64,000 bases of DNA from Klebsormidium nitens (taxonomy: Eukaryota > Plantae > Klebsormidiophyceae): positions 62,001-126,000 of the forward strand of contig DF237086.1 of the NCBI GenBank assembly GCA_000708835.1. The letters are read 5' to 3'. The position numbers and the translations under genes were made by a program. Within the stretch, counting starts at the first letter, position 1; every line of letters starts with the position of its first letter. Below the pieces are notes generated by a model that was given only the letters and a program-made list of their open reading frames with translations, searched no databases and was not told where the DNA came from. Shown here piece after piece: positions 24,401 through 37,507 of this stretch.

Positions 24401-25287
24401 AAGAAACGTTGGGCTTAGGAAAAGGTTTCATGAATGAAAAGTACGACACGTGAGCTTCTCGAAGAATGTTTTGAGGAAAAGATCAGGGATGTTTGTGCTC
24501 GCGCGTCACCTGCATGCCCAGCGCCTCCGTGGGGAACCTGCAAAGAAGGGAGCTGGGCTTGGGAAAGAGTTCGTGACTGCAAAGGATGACTTGTGTGCTT
24601 CTCGAAGAATGATTTGATTGAAACGAGCAGGAAGTTTCGTGCTCGCGAGTCACCTGCATGCCCGCCGCCTCCGTATCGAACATGCGGGCATAGATGAAAT
24701 GTTTGAAAAGAGTGCGCGAATGCAGTGACAAAGTGGGCTTATTCAATATCGTGAAGGGTGATAAACCGGGAATTTCGTGCTCGCAGGTTACTTTACTTCC
24801 AAAAGCCCGACGAAATTGGATCGATCCGGAAGGCATCAGCTGGAAAAGCGGCTCTCGAAAGCCACCTAACTCTGGATTTCTGATTAGCGCACACACGCCA
24901 CCTGCATGCCAAAGTCCTTCTCGTGGGCAATGGAAAAAGTGCAGAAGCGTCGGATCCTGGAGACAACTTTTCTGCGGCGTCCCTTTCCAGGCGGTAGTTG
25001 TGTGCTCAGGACCTAAACAAGTGGCGCCTAAGTGCCATGTCCGGAAACAAAACGAACACAGACCGACGCAGACAGAACGAAGGTCATATCAGATGCAACT
25101 ACGACGTCCACAGTCGCCTCTATTCCCAAAATAAGCAACTTCGACTTTAAGGGCGACATTAACAAGGGACACCTCACTTCTTGGTCGCCTCCAAGTTGCC
25201 CACCCGGTAGACCACGTGCAGCATCCTCCGAGCGTCCGATTTTGCGAAGGCTTCGACGTCCGACCCAGACGCTGCTTCAGCGGCCAT
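21441..25287 (-). CDS. GLX1: Two-domain glyoxalase I (lactoylglutathione lyase), ~284 aa, 7 exons
   Basis: Exons 25287-25178, 24392-24203, 23711-23613, 23206-23042, 22684-22577, 21885-21745, 21482-21441 (855 nt, in phase). Motifs RRMLHVVYRVG, VELTYNYG, GFGHFGIAV, DPDGYMFELI, QVMLRVGD, LELTYNYG, DPDGWKTVFVDNEDFLKELE. No transit peptide seen. Confidence 0.96.
24420..24915 (-). repeat. Three to four decaying ~140-bp tandem copies of the GLX1 acceptor/exon-2 start
   Basis: Plus-strand (T)CACCTGCATGCC at 24361 (real), 24506, 24650 and ~24898. TTTCGTGCTCGC at 24635 and 24773. CTTCTCGAAGAATG repeated 144 bp apart. Confidence 0.88.
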
Positions 25288-26869
25288 GGCTCTGGGCGCC
25301 CCGGGGGATCCCCTTGACACTCGAGCGAGGAGCGGCTCTGCAAGCACGAAGAGTGTCAAGAGCTGGCGTTTGGTCCAGGTCGCAAGGGAGGGGCGGGGTT
25401 GGGGGGCTGGCTCGGAGATTGGGGAGTGAGAGGCTCGGGGGTGCAGGCAGCCTACGAGGAGAGAGAGCAGTGACGTCAGAGAAAAGCTAGGACGTCAGAA
25501 AGGACGGACGGCTGGTGCCTCGGGGCTTCTGTAGAGAGCGTCCGGAGAAAAGCATGTCAATCGTCTCAGTATGAGAATCAACGAAATTGGCCCCTTTGAG
25601 GGACGCAGAGGATATGGTCAAAGCACGTTCCTTGTTGCTGGATTTGAGATAATATGGAAACGCGCAGTTACGGACGAAGTTCTGAGCGGATCTGCATCAA
25701 AAAGACGTCCAGAAGAAACCTTTGCCTTGCTGAGAGATGCAACGTGACGGTCAACTGTCATCTTCTCACAGGAACGCCGTAAACGTATGGGAAAATCCAG
25801 AGCGTCTCATGGCAGCAGCTTTTCAACAGGAGTAGAAAGGGTTACATCAGGGCCTGCTTTTTGCTTCTGCATCATCGACTAGCAGAAACCAAGCTCCCCA
25901 TTCTGCATCATAAGGCTTCGTAGTCAGGCACGACAGAGGATCTCAAGGCCAAGCTCTGCTGAAAATGTTTTTCATAAGTCAGCCAATAATCATTTCCAGT
26001 GGTCGTATGAAGTCAGGAACGTTTGCTCGGCTCAGAATCAAGTAATCTTCGCCTCTCAAAACCAACTTCGGCGAGCAGATACAAGCTTTTATTGTTACTG
26101 AAAGCTTGAGCAAGGAATCATTGAGGCACAAGGTTGATTGTTGGAAGCACCAACAACAAAGCGTAGTGAAGCAACTACAGAATGTACGACAACTGCTGGC
26201 AGTCAGAATAAATGCAAGCAGACCGCCGTGCAGCCACTGCGACCAAAGGCTTCATCACTGCCACCTTGATGCTAGTAACTTTCACCCAGCCTGCAGTTAC
26301 TCATCAGGTACCTTTGAAGGATTGCAAGAACAAATCTTCAGATTCTTTGAACCGTAAAATTTATTGACTGTTAAGAGGGCTGCAATCAGGACAAACAGGC
26401 TGGATCAATAATTCAGAAGCCACACCACTGCCAACTTTATACTCTGGAGTGTATCGACTCAGAGTGCAAAACCGCACCGCAAGAGAATGCAAAACCTCCT
26501 CCCAACATGCTCACGCAGGCCCTTCCTATTACAAGCACAAAGGGCGTCCATCCCGTGGTTGCAGCACCACAAGGCTAACACAAGCGAACCACTTTTAACC
26601 AGATTCAATAGAAGCGGGGCAAATTGTGCATTCCTAAGGCTCTTATCACCATCAGCCAAAATAAAATCCTGAGAGGCTGCTGCAAAAGACATCCGAATAG
26701 TCCCAAAAGTAGTGGCAACCAACTGCTTGGCTGCACAGTGGTTGAGCGGCAGCGATCACAGGCTTTCTATATCCTGGCCAACTCCTACCAAGCAAAGATG
26801 AGATGCATCTTTCCGGCACGCCAGCAGAGTACAGGCATCACCAGAGGCCATCCCTGATGCTTGATTCCT

Positions 26870-27825
26870 CTCACAGGTTCTGAGATGTCATGTCCTTTTC
26901 CATTTTTGACGGCCGCTTCAGAGTGATGATTGTGTCCAACAAGATGTTGAGCTTTTCAGACAAACGCCTCACGTAAGCACAGCTCAAAACGGTCTCAGAG
27001 AACACACTGGCATTGCTGGTGCTCATATTTGTGGATAATCCAATCAACAACACACGGTTCCCACTCTCGGAGATCAAATTGATACTGGTAGAATGATGGT
27101 TGAATGACTTCATGGACGGTTGAATGAGTTCTTTGACAGGTTCAGACATTACTGTTGAGCAGAATGACATTCTGGGGACTAAAGCGAGGGGCAAACGAGT
27201 ACCACCCAGCTTGAGACATCACTGTAGAGCAGAATGACATTCTGGGAGAGACAAAAGCCAAGGGTAGATGCCCATGAGAGACAGACCAATCATTGCTGAG
27301 TAAGTGGCGCCCAAACGTCCCAGACTGATACAGACGTACCCTGAGTAAGATGAGAGCAAGTCCTTGCATGTGCGGGAATTGCTCTCAAATAAAGCACTGT
27401 CTCCACTAAAAAGCTCAAGCTTGACACTTTCTGCAGGGCTTCCACTCAAAGAAGAGTTCAGCGCCTCTCAATGCTAAGCACTCAGCTTCAGAGAGCATCA
27501 GTGTTGATCACAAGCCTTAGGCAAAATCAATTGTGCATTGTGATTTCGCATTGTACATTGCTTTCATTGCTATAGCTTTTGAGCCGACTGGCTGTCAACA
27601 CCCCCCACCGATGTGCCAGCATTGATTAAAATGGGGGACACCAGACTCTCCATGCTTACAACGATGATACTGATCAGGTACTCTGGCAACTTACGAGCAG
27701 CCTTGCTGACAGGGGCGGGCGAGAAGAGTCCGCTTGACGTCAACCGCAGCGACGAGCACCCAGCAACCTGCTTCGACCGTTTTGTAGCGGGCAAGAAAGC
27801 AGCAATGCTGCGCGTGGGGCGATGA
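26870..27825 (+). other. Possible exons of an unresolved gene between GLX1 and LSM2
   Basis: Exon-like segments with plausible splice sites: DITVEQNDILGETKAK near 27215-27260 and a GC-rich terminal segment GAGEKSPLDVNRSDEHPATCFDRFVAGKKAAMLRVGR* ending at 27825. I could not assemble a full model. Confidence 0.25.
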
Positions 27826-30141
27826 GAGCAGACGTTCTTTCCTACTGGAGAGACAGCAGATCGGATGTGGCAACAAAGGGGCACACAGCCAGTTGCGGCA
27901 GCCATCGAATCCTGCCTGAGGCTGATGAAGATCTATGGAAATGCTGATTACAATTAATACAGGGAGAAGCGAAGGGATCAGCAGACCCAGCTCCAGCTGC
28001 ATGCAGCAGCACCACAAATGTACGTATTCGCACTTCTTTTGCAGATCCTTTACAGGCAATTTTTCAAACCGGGCACCCCGAAAGTGGTCGGTAGAATCCT
28101 TAACCGGCCGGTCACCCCGGCTCTAATACTACCCTACCAGCCCGGACAACAGTCGGTAAACGTACACTGTCCCCGAAAATTCACCCGCTTCCCATCCCCT
28201 TCCAATTCAAAGGCTTCCGAGTCATGCTGAGCGCTCCTTTGCCAGGGTGATACTTCAAGGGTAGGATATACAAGGCGCAAGAAAAGGGACGGTGGTTGGA
28301 TGAAGAAGCTTCACATGTCAATTCTAACTTTGAAAGAGAATCAGTTGGCCATCCTGGCGCCCCACGGATCATCCGCTTTGCTACATTGACGACGATTCCT
28401 GGTCACGTGAGTAAGTGCAACTGTTTGGATCGTTTGGAAGGATTGCTCAACAGCCTCGAGTTGGTGTTTTATTGCACAGAAAACAAGTGCAATGGGTTGT
28501 AATCTGAAGTCTGTGCTGGGTGGAGAAGCTCTAGACTTTAGTGGTGTAGTCAACAACCCGTCTGGAACTGTCAACACCGGCTTCATATCTGTGCTGCTGG
28601 AGCCGTTAGGTGGAAATTCTTCTGAGCTGCTTTGGATGAACATGATTGCCTGCCTTTGCTGTGTTGTTAATCTTTCTTGTGTAATGATGGCAGTGGTTAT
28701 TCAGGGACTTGTGTGCGGAACTTCAGCCAGTGGTAGCCCGTCCAGACTTCCTTAAATGCTGCAGCGTTCGCCTTTTGTTCTGCCACTTTGCAGCACTCAT
28801 CTGCAACTTTTGAGAGGACGTCGCAAGTCTGAATTGACCAGATTGCCCCTCGGAATGGTTCAAACTGGGCAAAGGACCCTGATTGGCATACCGAAGCAGT
28901 TGTAAGGTGGCACCCGGCAGGGAAAAGCATGACAGCAGCGTCTGGTCAGAAGAGGAACCAGTCGCTTGATCACCGTAGGGATAGAGCAGAGCTGGCCCAA
29001 TTCATTCCACCACCTTTTTTGCCTGCCGCCATCCTTTCTTGTCGTCACCAATCAAGTTGTAAGCAAGAAGTCTTTTATGGATCTTAGGGCACCCAGTCAT
29101 TGCACGGCCGCTTCCCTGTGCAGGAACTCGAAAACCCCCTGACGGAACGAGCAACCAACGCCATATGCATAGATAGTGGTAGAGAGAGCAGGATCAGACC
29201 CAGTGTTACTTCCCCCTCTAGTGAGCAGATAAGGGCAGTCTGTCACGCTGCTGCTGCACTAAGCTTGGAAGGGGAGCCGTAGTCAAGCGGTGGTGCACCT
29301 TTCTCCTCTGACAGTAGCGGCGAAGCATCACTGCCCCCGCACTGCACTCAGAGCGCAGTTACAATCACGTCGAAGCCACTTGCGGGCAGGGGACTGGATT
29401 TGCGGAGACAGGAAACGCCACCAGAATGGTGAGTGATTCCTGCTGTTGCTTTTAAGTGCTGCGGATAAAAAGGTGTTTGCACGCTGTTGGCGAATGGCTG
29501 TGTTGATGAGGGCTTTGCTGCTCAACAGATGGGCCACACAGAAATACCGATTGAACAATCCGCGGAGGCACCTTATTGTGAACTTCTTGACAACTTTTTC
29601 CCAATGTTAATGGGCAAGAGTGTCCTAACCTGGCCTGTTGTTCCTTCTGAAGGCTTCTTCCTCTTCAGGCAAAAGATGCAGAATCGTGCTACGTCGAGAC
29701 AAACATTCTTCGTTTCTGACTATCAAGACACTGTGTAGCGTAGCCACGACTGACTTGGTTTTCCATGTCTGCACCTTCGTTTCAAGTGAAAGGGAATACA
29801 AGAGATTGTTTCTCCCTTTCGGGAGATGTTGACCAATTTTTGCAAGAACTCCTGCTCCGAGAAAAGTTCGACAGGAGGCTTAGATCAAACTTCACCGCGA
29901 GCTGCTTGCCACACACCATGGCGATTGGTTATTGAACCAAGATTGAGGCAACTTTTGTATATCGTGTTGGGCACAGTCGTTGGCTAGTGGCTACTGTAAA
30001 TACCACGCTACCGACGGTTTGTGGGTTCCGTCTTTCGCTGTTGCAGAAGGAGTCGGGGAAAGAGAACAGGACGGAAAATCACTTCGTGGTTGAGTGTACT
30101 GATTGTGAGAGACGATGTCGCGGCACAGTCGAAGTCGAGGT

Positions 30142-30719
30142 ATGGTGAAGTCGGCCCTCCAACAGTTTGTTCAGGGGCCGCCAGAGTCTTGCTTCGTAGT
30201 TGCAAAACCTCACAGCAACTGAACGACGTGTGTTGTTGAGTGCAGTTGTTCTTCTCGTACTTCAAGGAGCTAGTCGGGAAAGAAGTCACGGTTGAGTTGA
30301 AGAACGACCTGGCGATTACGGGCGTCCTCCATTCAGTGGATCAATACCTAAACATCAAATTGGAAAACACGAAAGTCGTCAACGAAGCAAAGTATCCACA
30401 CATGGTAAGCATCAACTTCCGCTCTACGCCTACCAACGCTTGCTTATCTGTGCCCTTGACATGCGGGCGCTTCTCTAAAGAATTCTGATAGAGTGGTCCC
30501 AATCGAGGCTGAAACGGGTCCTTGGTTTGTAACGTCCACAGTTTGCCCCGGCTGCATAGTACACCACTTTGCTGAGCCCTTGGTTGCTGTCATGTGCAGC
30601 TTTCCGTCAAGAACTGCTTCATCCGCGGTTCTGTAGTTCGATATATCCAGTTACCAGTAGACGGGGTAGATGTAGACATCTTACACGATGCGACTCGAAG
30701 AGAAGCCCGAGGAGGTTGA
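30142..30719 (+). CDS. LSM2: U6 snRNA-associated Sm-like protein LSm2 (93 aa)
   Basis: Exons 30142-30144 (ATG only, inferred), 30246-30404, 30600-30719. LFFSYFKELVGKEVTVELKNDLAITGVLHSVDQYLNIKLEN...LSVKNCFIRGSVVRYIQLP...HDATRREARGG. Confidence 0.95.
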
Positions 30720-31821
30720 AAGCTTATCGGGTGTTTGTTAAAGCCGAATACTCCCAGCTTACAGCAGCAGCTTCGAATGCCATTGCCAAGATGGCCCACA
30801 GGTGCTCGCGCACTGCTATGATGCAGCAGAATGTCCTTCAGTTTTTTAATGTCATCTCTGGTCAACAACAAACAACTCCGACCAGTTACTGTCCGGCAAC
30901 ATACAATTAGAACCGGGCGGAGCCCTCTGTAAGCTGAACTTGCTGACATCATATAAGCTGCTTGCCGCGGTATTGAGGCGCGTGCATTTGGCATCATTGA
31001 TCTCATTAGATCATGAACTTCAGTTGAGAATTCATGAAGTTGAGATATAGCTGCCAGATTACCATGTACGCCGGTACAACTCATCAATTGTGCGCGTTGA
31101 CATGATTCGCGCATGAAGCACATGTGCAATCACAGCGCGCCGGTCGTGGCTGACATGGAGCGCCGCATGTGCGCGTATATATCGCCAACATATCATACAT
31201 GCAGATTTCGTAATATGGTCATAAGCTGGCACTAGCTGTGCGCGACGTATCATGTGATAATGATCATGTTCGAAGCTTGGCTAGCTAAGCCTATGTGCAG
31301 CTAGAACTAATGCATGGTCTCCGAAGTGCGTTGACAGATTAAGCGCTCGGTCAGCCTCCACTGTCGGGAGCTACCGGCCGTAGCTGTCTATGATATCTAG
31401 GCCCTTCCGGCAGGCTGTGTGCGCGTGCATGCCACTAAGTGGCATCTTCATAAGTCCGGCCGAACAGGGTTCGACCATGTGCGGACTACTAAGTTAAGTG
31501 TGCGATTTGGTGTCCTGGTGACCATTACAATCCTAGCTCCCAAAATGATCTCATGCATAACAATGTGAAGATTAGGTAACTGAGAACTCTGTTGGACCGA
31601 CGTATTTGAATCATAGTCAACCCGAAGATAAACCTCTTCGACCTTACTTGTCAGGGCTGTCGGGTTATTCCTAAGCAGCTTGTAAAACGTCTGTGACAGT
31701 TGCGAACCAAGGGTAAAACGTTGCCACTTGAGCGCAGACGTCGTAGCCCCACTTTGTTGTCCTTTCCTGTCCAGCCTCTTGCTACAAAAGTAACTCTCCA
31801 GATCAAGTGCACTGCCAAGGA

Positions 31822-34800
31822 CTAAGCCAGCTGCTGATCCCTCGGGTCTTCTAACTTGTCGACTTCGTCGTCGTATTTGATCAAAGCGAATGAAGCTAGT
31901 TGACGGACCTGCAAGCTCGTAAACGATATTAATCTCATGGATCGAGCAAGTTTCCGTCTGGAGGAGTGCAAAGAAAGGGGGCTCATGGTAGAGGCATGCC
32001 TCCAGAATGTCGGGTCGTCAAGGTTGAAATGCAAAGGAGTGGAAATACGAGAATCGTTTGAGCAGTCCGGATATGCGGACCTTTTACGCACCGTCAACTG
32101 TCATACTCACAGGCCCTCGATAACAAGACCAGATGGGTTCTTCTGAACAGAAAAAGGACGACGGTCTGGTAGCGCGACACAGATCGCAGTGACCGGTACG
32201 AACGGCTGACGCAAATGGTTACTTACGTCTCCTGCTCCAGGGCGGGGATCGATGTGCTTCACTCCACTCAGCACCGACCGCAAGACCTGGACCCAACTCT
32301 GGGCCGCGTCGAGGTCGTCAGCAAGCGCGGGCAGATGACGGAGGTACACGTCAGCGAGCCGGAGCTGGGTCATGAGGATGACGCAGTCCGCGTCCTTGAA
32401 GTTGACGGGCTTGAACAGGGACACGACGCCGCGCACCGACTTCTCAACCCGCTGCAAGGTGGGAAAGAATCGAGGGGGCTCGTCAAATGTCAAACAGCAG
32501 TCTTACGGTGGAAAGCTGAATTCCCTCCCTCTCAACTGAACGCTTGTGACGTCGGGCCCAGGGCTCGTCAAGATCGCTCTTGCGTTGGAAGGGACTCGGA
32601 CTGGCTCGACCGGAACTTTGGTTCTTGTTGGCGACATCAAATACTTCTATGAGAGATAGATTTGTAAAGGTGGTTGAAATAGGTCCACGAGCGAAGCCTC
32701 TTGGGTCAAGCAGAGCAAGCGCGTTGGCTTCACATTCCTAACAATATGCATAAGGGGCATGCGCGTGCCACAACGCGGAAGTTACGCTGCTTTTGTCTGT
32801 GTGCTGATTATCCGCAATGCGGCCGACGTGGAGCACTCACCGTCTTCTTGAACATGTCTACCAGCAGTGCGAAGGCCAATGCGCGCTGCAGGTCCAAGGA
32901 GCGGGCGGACGCGCACGGCCAGCTGACGACGATGCGGACGTTGTTGATGTACCGTCCGCTCAGCCTGCGGACAGGGAAACCGCATCAGCAGACTGTCAAT
33001 CGCGTTCGACATCAATATTGGCCTAAACGGCGTTCATATATTCGAGGGGTAACGTCGCTCGACGGGTCGTTGCCTGCTGAACAATGACTGAATCCATGTC
33101 AGCTACTTGCTTCAGGTCTCTCGACTCCTTGCATCGGACGCAAGCATCCAGCCCGGTCAAAAGTGGGGAGACCTATAAGGGTCAACGCGTCTCCTCAACC
33201 AGGGTGCGAGATGGTTGTTTTTTTGGCTAGCTTTTACCAATGGCTGGTCCACTAGCACGTGTATCCTGTGACTGCGCGGACGAGAGCGACGTGACCTTGG
33301 ACCTAGGAAAAGCCCTGTCCAAGGGAAGAGAGAGGAATTTTCCGCACCTTGAGAGCGTCTTCGTGAGCCTGGGCCCCACCGCCTTCCACTCCGAGTCCGT
33401 GAAGCTGTCGGTCAGCGCTTGGATTGCGGCTTGCAGGGTCTCCGTCGCGAAGACGAGCTGGTGATCGAGCGACGCCCGCGCGAGCAGCACGACCAGGCCT
33501 TCCGTGTCCTTGGCGGAGAAAGTGCCAATGGTCGACCTGCGCGGACAAGAAAGCTAAGTCTTACTGCAGGTTTGCCAGGCCTGGCCGCCTAATCAAACTC
33601 TGCTCTGAGACCATCGCAGAACTTGGCGAAATTGCGGAAAACTTATGCCGTCTCGATGGGTGACATCCAGGTTGATGAATGGCTTCATATTCAGCCCAGT
33701 GGGCAAAGTTTTGCAAACAGGTGTAACGAATCTACGCAAGGGCAGGCGGCTATGATTGACCGAACGTGCGGTACAACGAAGTAGCAGAGAGCCTGGTAAA
33801 ATACAAAACAATTTTAAGACGAGACGAAAATTAGTATCCGGAGGTACTGCCTCTGCAAATGGCCAGTGTTCAGACATGCTAAATACCTCGTCAATAACTT
33901 TGGAGACAAAAGAGGGGCGAAGAATCGTCCAGGACGCGAAAGTGCGCGAAACTGCACTGGCAAGAAGCAGAAAGTCTGTTCCAATGATTCACATCCGACA
34001 GTGGGGAAGGTCGCCTCCCTCACCTTGCCGTAGCCAACACTGTGATGAGCCGCAGAAGGGAGCAGACGTTCGAGGGAATGCGTTCGCGATGCTGCTCATC
34101 TGCCAAAGCAAGGAAAGCGTCAGATCCTGCAACGACGGACATCTGCTGACTTTGCAAGGCTCATAATTTAGGAGCGTCTGATGCTCCGTGGAGTGCTCGA
34201 GTGCGCTCCTAAGGCTTGTTGCTTTCGTCCTGTTAACCGCAGGCATGTTCATCAAGGTCCTCGGCAGTAACTTCAAGCAGCGACAACTCGATGAAGGCAG
34301 AAGACCTCGGCTTCTACCACAAGGAGCAAAACCATCATAGGCAAAGTCCAACCTTCCTTGATCAACGTTGTGGAGAGTCACTGAAGAGAGTCTTCCACCC
34401 ATCCGTAGACTGCTCAGACATTCTTATGGTGCGCGTGACCAAAATCCTACTTGTCCTCCAGTGCTGCCTTTGTAGTACCGCCAAGTAGGAGATACGGTAC
34501 TTCTCAGGCCAAACATTGCTTTGGTATGTACCGTTCTGACCACGTGCATCCACTGAACCATTCAATCGGCTCAAAGCTCAGAAAAGATTCGGAATGCTTT
34601 CGCGAGATTTTCGGTCGATGCGAACCGTTGCGCCGCTCACCTGCCTGGGTCACCCCACTCGGTCCTGCCTCGCCCTCGGCATCAGAGTCATCGCTGATGT
34701 CAGCCGACGCTTCCCCCACTGCCTTCTCAACGTAGCCATAGGCATTGAACACTTCGCGAAAGTCGCTCAAATTGGGCACCCAGCCTAGGTCGAGCCGCGT

Positions 34801-37507
34801 TTCTCGGGGCCTGTCTAGGAAAGAAGCGCCGCATGTGCTGCTTGTAAGGTACGCGTCCGAAACGCCAGCGAGTGCGGCGACCTGTGAGTCGATGGGGCAG
34901 TGGTTTTTAGATTGTTCGCATGAAAATTGGTGAGCCTGCAGGCGTGCTAACCGGGTGAATGGTGGGGTGTCGCAGAACAGGAAGGCCCTGTCGATAACGA
35001 TGGCAGGGGGCGTTGACAGCAGAAAAGGGGGGAGTGACAGTCCTGTGATGGAGTCTCATTCAGCTCTGAAGGCAGCAGGGACATTGGATAGGTTCAACCG
35101 ATAAGTGGCCTTCTGCACATGATGAGAAATACCGTACGGTTACAGAATCGCGAAAGAATCTAATGTCCCTTCTAAGGTTGCAATGTTCCCTTCGTGCAGC
35201 ATTCGCAAGATCTGCTCGACCGCAACCCAAGTCTTTAGTCAACTTGAGTTGAGGGGGCAACCAATGCTTTCTTAGCTATTGCCTGCAGCCACCTTGCTCA
35301 ACTCGAATTCAAAGTCTTGGTGTCTATGTACTTGCGACAAATCTCCCAACCAAGCTGCTCGTCAAATGATTGAGTAGAGGTTGAGGTGTACCTTGGAGCC
35401 GCCACCAATGATGTCAGCGAGCAGACAGAAAGCAGCCCTCTCAACCATGTCCTCCGGAGAATAGCACACTGCAGCAAAGTAAGTAAAGACGTTTGAACTT
35501 ATCCTCACTCATAACTCAAATCCAACGCAGGGAAGCATGACCCTTCTTTTTGAAATGCTCGAACATGCTGTATGCATGGCATTTAATTGCGCCAGCACCT
35601 TAACAGCCGACATGTTCCCCGCTTCTTGACTCGTGTTTACCAACTCCGACATCTTCACAGAGGAGAGAGCAGGTATCGCTATTTTTTGTGCGTGGAAACT
35701 TACCCAGATTGAAAAGCCACCTGAGGGCCTTTGAATCAACCGACAGCTTGTTGAAGAGGTGTGCTCGAAGGCCGCCACCAGTGAGCAGCGCCTTCACAAC
35801 CTCTTGCTTTGCCTCTGCAAAATTCAGAAGAAGTCTGAGTGGGTCGTTTCAAGAATCAGAAGGAGAGCCTAGGTCTACAAATGTTCATGAATGAGTTTCC
35901 ATAGCAACCAAGTTTCTGTGCACAATCACTGTCTTCGTGTTCCTAGTTTTCGTCCTACATGTCTGATAACCTCTTTTGTAAATGTACAGGCTACTCACCG
36001 GTGCTGCTTTCCTCCATCTCTTTCAACACAGCAGAGGTTTCAAACCAGATATCGGCGTCGTCAGGAGCTACCGTATCGAGCACCTCCTCTAACCTGTGCC
36101 CGTGCTGAATGGGTCCCTGAGTGAGGACAACGAATCGTAAGAAGCTGTATGAGAATCTGATGCAAATCTGCTTAACGGTCATGTCTTTGGAAATGCTGTC
36201 TCTGATAATTAATGCATTTTGAAGGCCCGGCATCAATGAATCATGATTGCAATCCAGGACACTCCCGAGCAGAGGACCTGAAAGATCAGGCTTATGTTTA
36301 CAGGACTAAAACTAGGTTCAGTTCCCATGTTATCATGCGGCTATCATCGTACCTGTCTATTAAAGTGAGTTTCTCCCCACTTTGGCAGCGCCGCTGTGTC
36401 GTCTTCGCCTCCTTTCATACGCTTCATCTGCAATAAGCAAGGATACATAAGTAAAACAGGTGCACTGCAGAAGATGACAGTCGTATGTGAGATGCACAAG
36501 GCCAACAAAGTCATTGCGCAATGAACGACTAGACAGAGCAGCTTGCTTGCAGAATACATGAGTGCCACCTTTGCGACAGGTGACATTGAGCAGAGTAATG
36601 CTTACGTAGCTCGCAACCTCTTCAAGCTTTTCCACAATTGCATTGTCCTTCTCAGTCTTCTGTTCAATTTCCAGATCACTCTCATCGCTGCTCTCCACTT
36701 CTGCTTTCTCAACCTGTGCAGCTGCAGCCTTCTTTTTCCTATCATTGAGGAGGCGTTCCAAAGCGCTCAAAGCTTTTGACCTGTATGAGGATTCATCGTG
36801 GTTCAGCACTCGTTTGCATGCACCATCTGAGAGCGGCTCCCGAATTGGTAGAGAAGCAACAGCTGGACTAGAAAATAGTTTTGGACCCCGACAGAATCTT
36901 TATCATTGACCGTCAATTGCATTTTTATTTCATTCTGAACAGACATGGCCTGCGACTTGGAGAATGAAATAGACCCAGGCCAGCTATGGCAAGATAAGTC
37001 AAACAAAGAACCGCAGTGCAAATTGCATCACAACACACCATTATTTCAGAATAGCACGGTAGGGCGCGACAAGGCGGGCTGCGGCCAAAGAAACACAAAA
37101 GGAACGACTTACACAAACTAATGCAGTGCGATTTTGCCAATTGATAGACAGAAGATGGGGCAATAGCACTTGCGATCTCTGGACCATTGGCAGGGCCCCT
37201 TTGTGCACACATACATTTCCAAAAAGCGCAAACTCTCTTTGCGTTCTAACAAGAAGGGCAGGTGCAGCAGATGAAGTGACAATAAGAGGACTGAGGCCTA
37301 CGTGTCTGCATTGCTCCCAGTTGATGTCTTCCTGCCACCACCTTTGGCCCCGCTCATTGCTGTCTTGTTCGTTGCCTTGTCTTCCAAAGGTTCAAAATCT
37401 TTCAAGGCAAGAGTTCGAACAGCTCCTCTTCCTGATCTACCAACTCCACGCTTGGCAGGACTTCCGGTCAAATCATCTTCTGCCTTTGCCTTTCCCGCTC
37501 GTCCCAT
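31822..37507 (-). CDS. Probable SLF2/FAM178-like (SMC5/6 Nse6-type, CANIN-domain) protein, ~14 exons
   Basis: Phase-consistent chain including 37507-37302, 36780-36606, 36427-36353, 36116-35999, 35814-35704, 35468-35392, then exons near 35.2, 34.95, 34.8-34.65, 34.1, 33.5-33.35, 32.96-32.84, 32.46-32.23 and 31.9 kb. Segments LRWLFNLVCYSPE, WVPNLSDFREVFNAYGY, IPSNVCSLLRLI..DTEGLVVLLARASLDHQL and NNVRIVVSWPCASARSLDLQRAL resemble remembered FAM178/SLF2 blocks in the same order. Middle exons are less certain. Confidence 0.6.
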
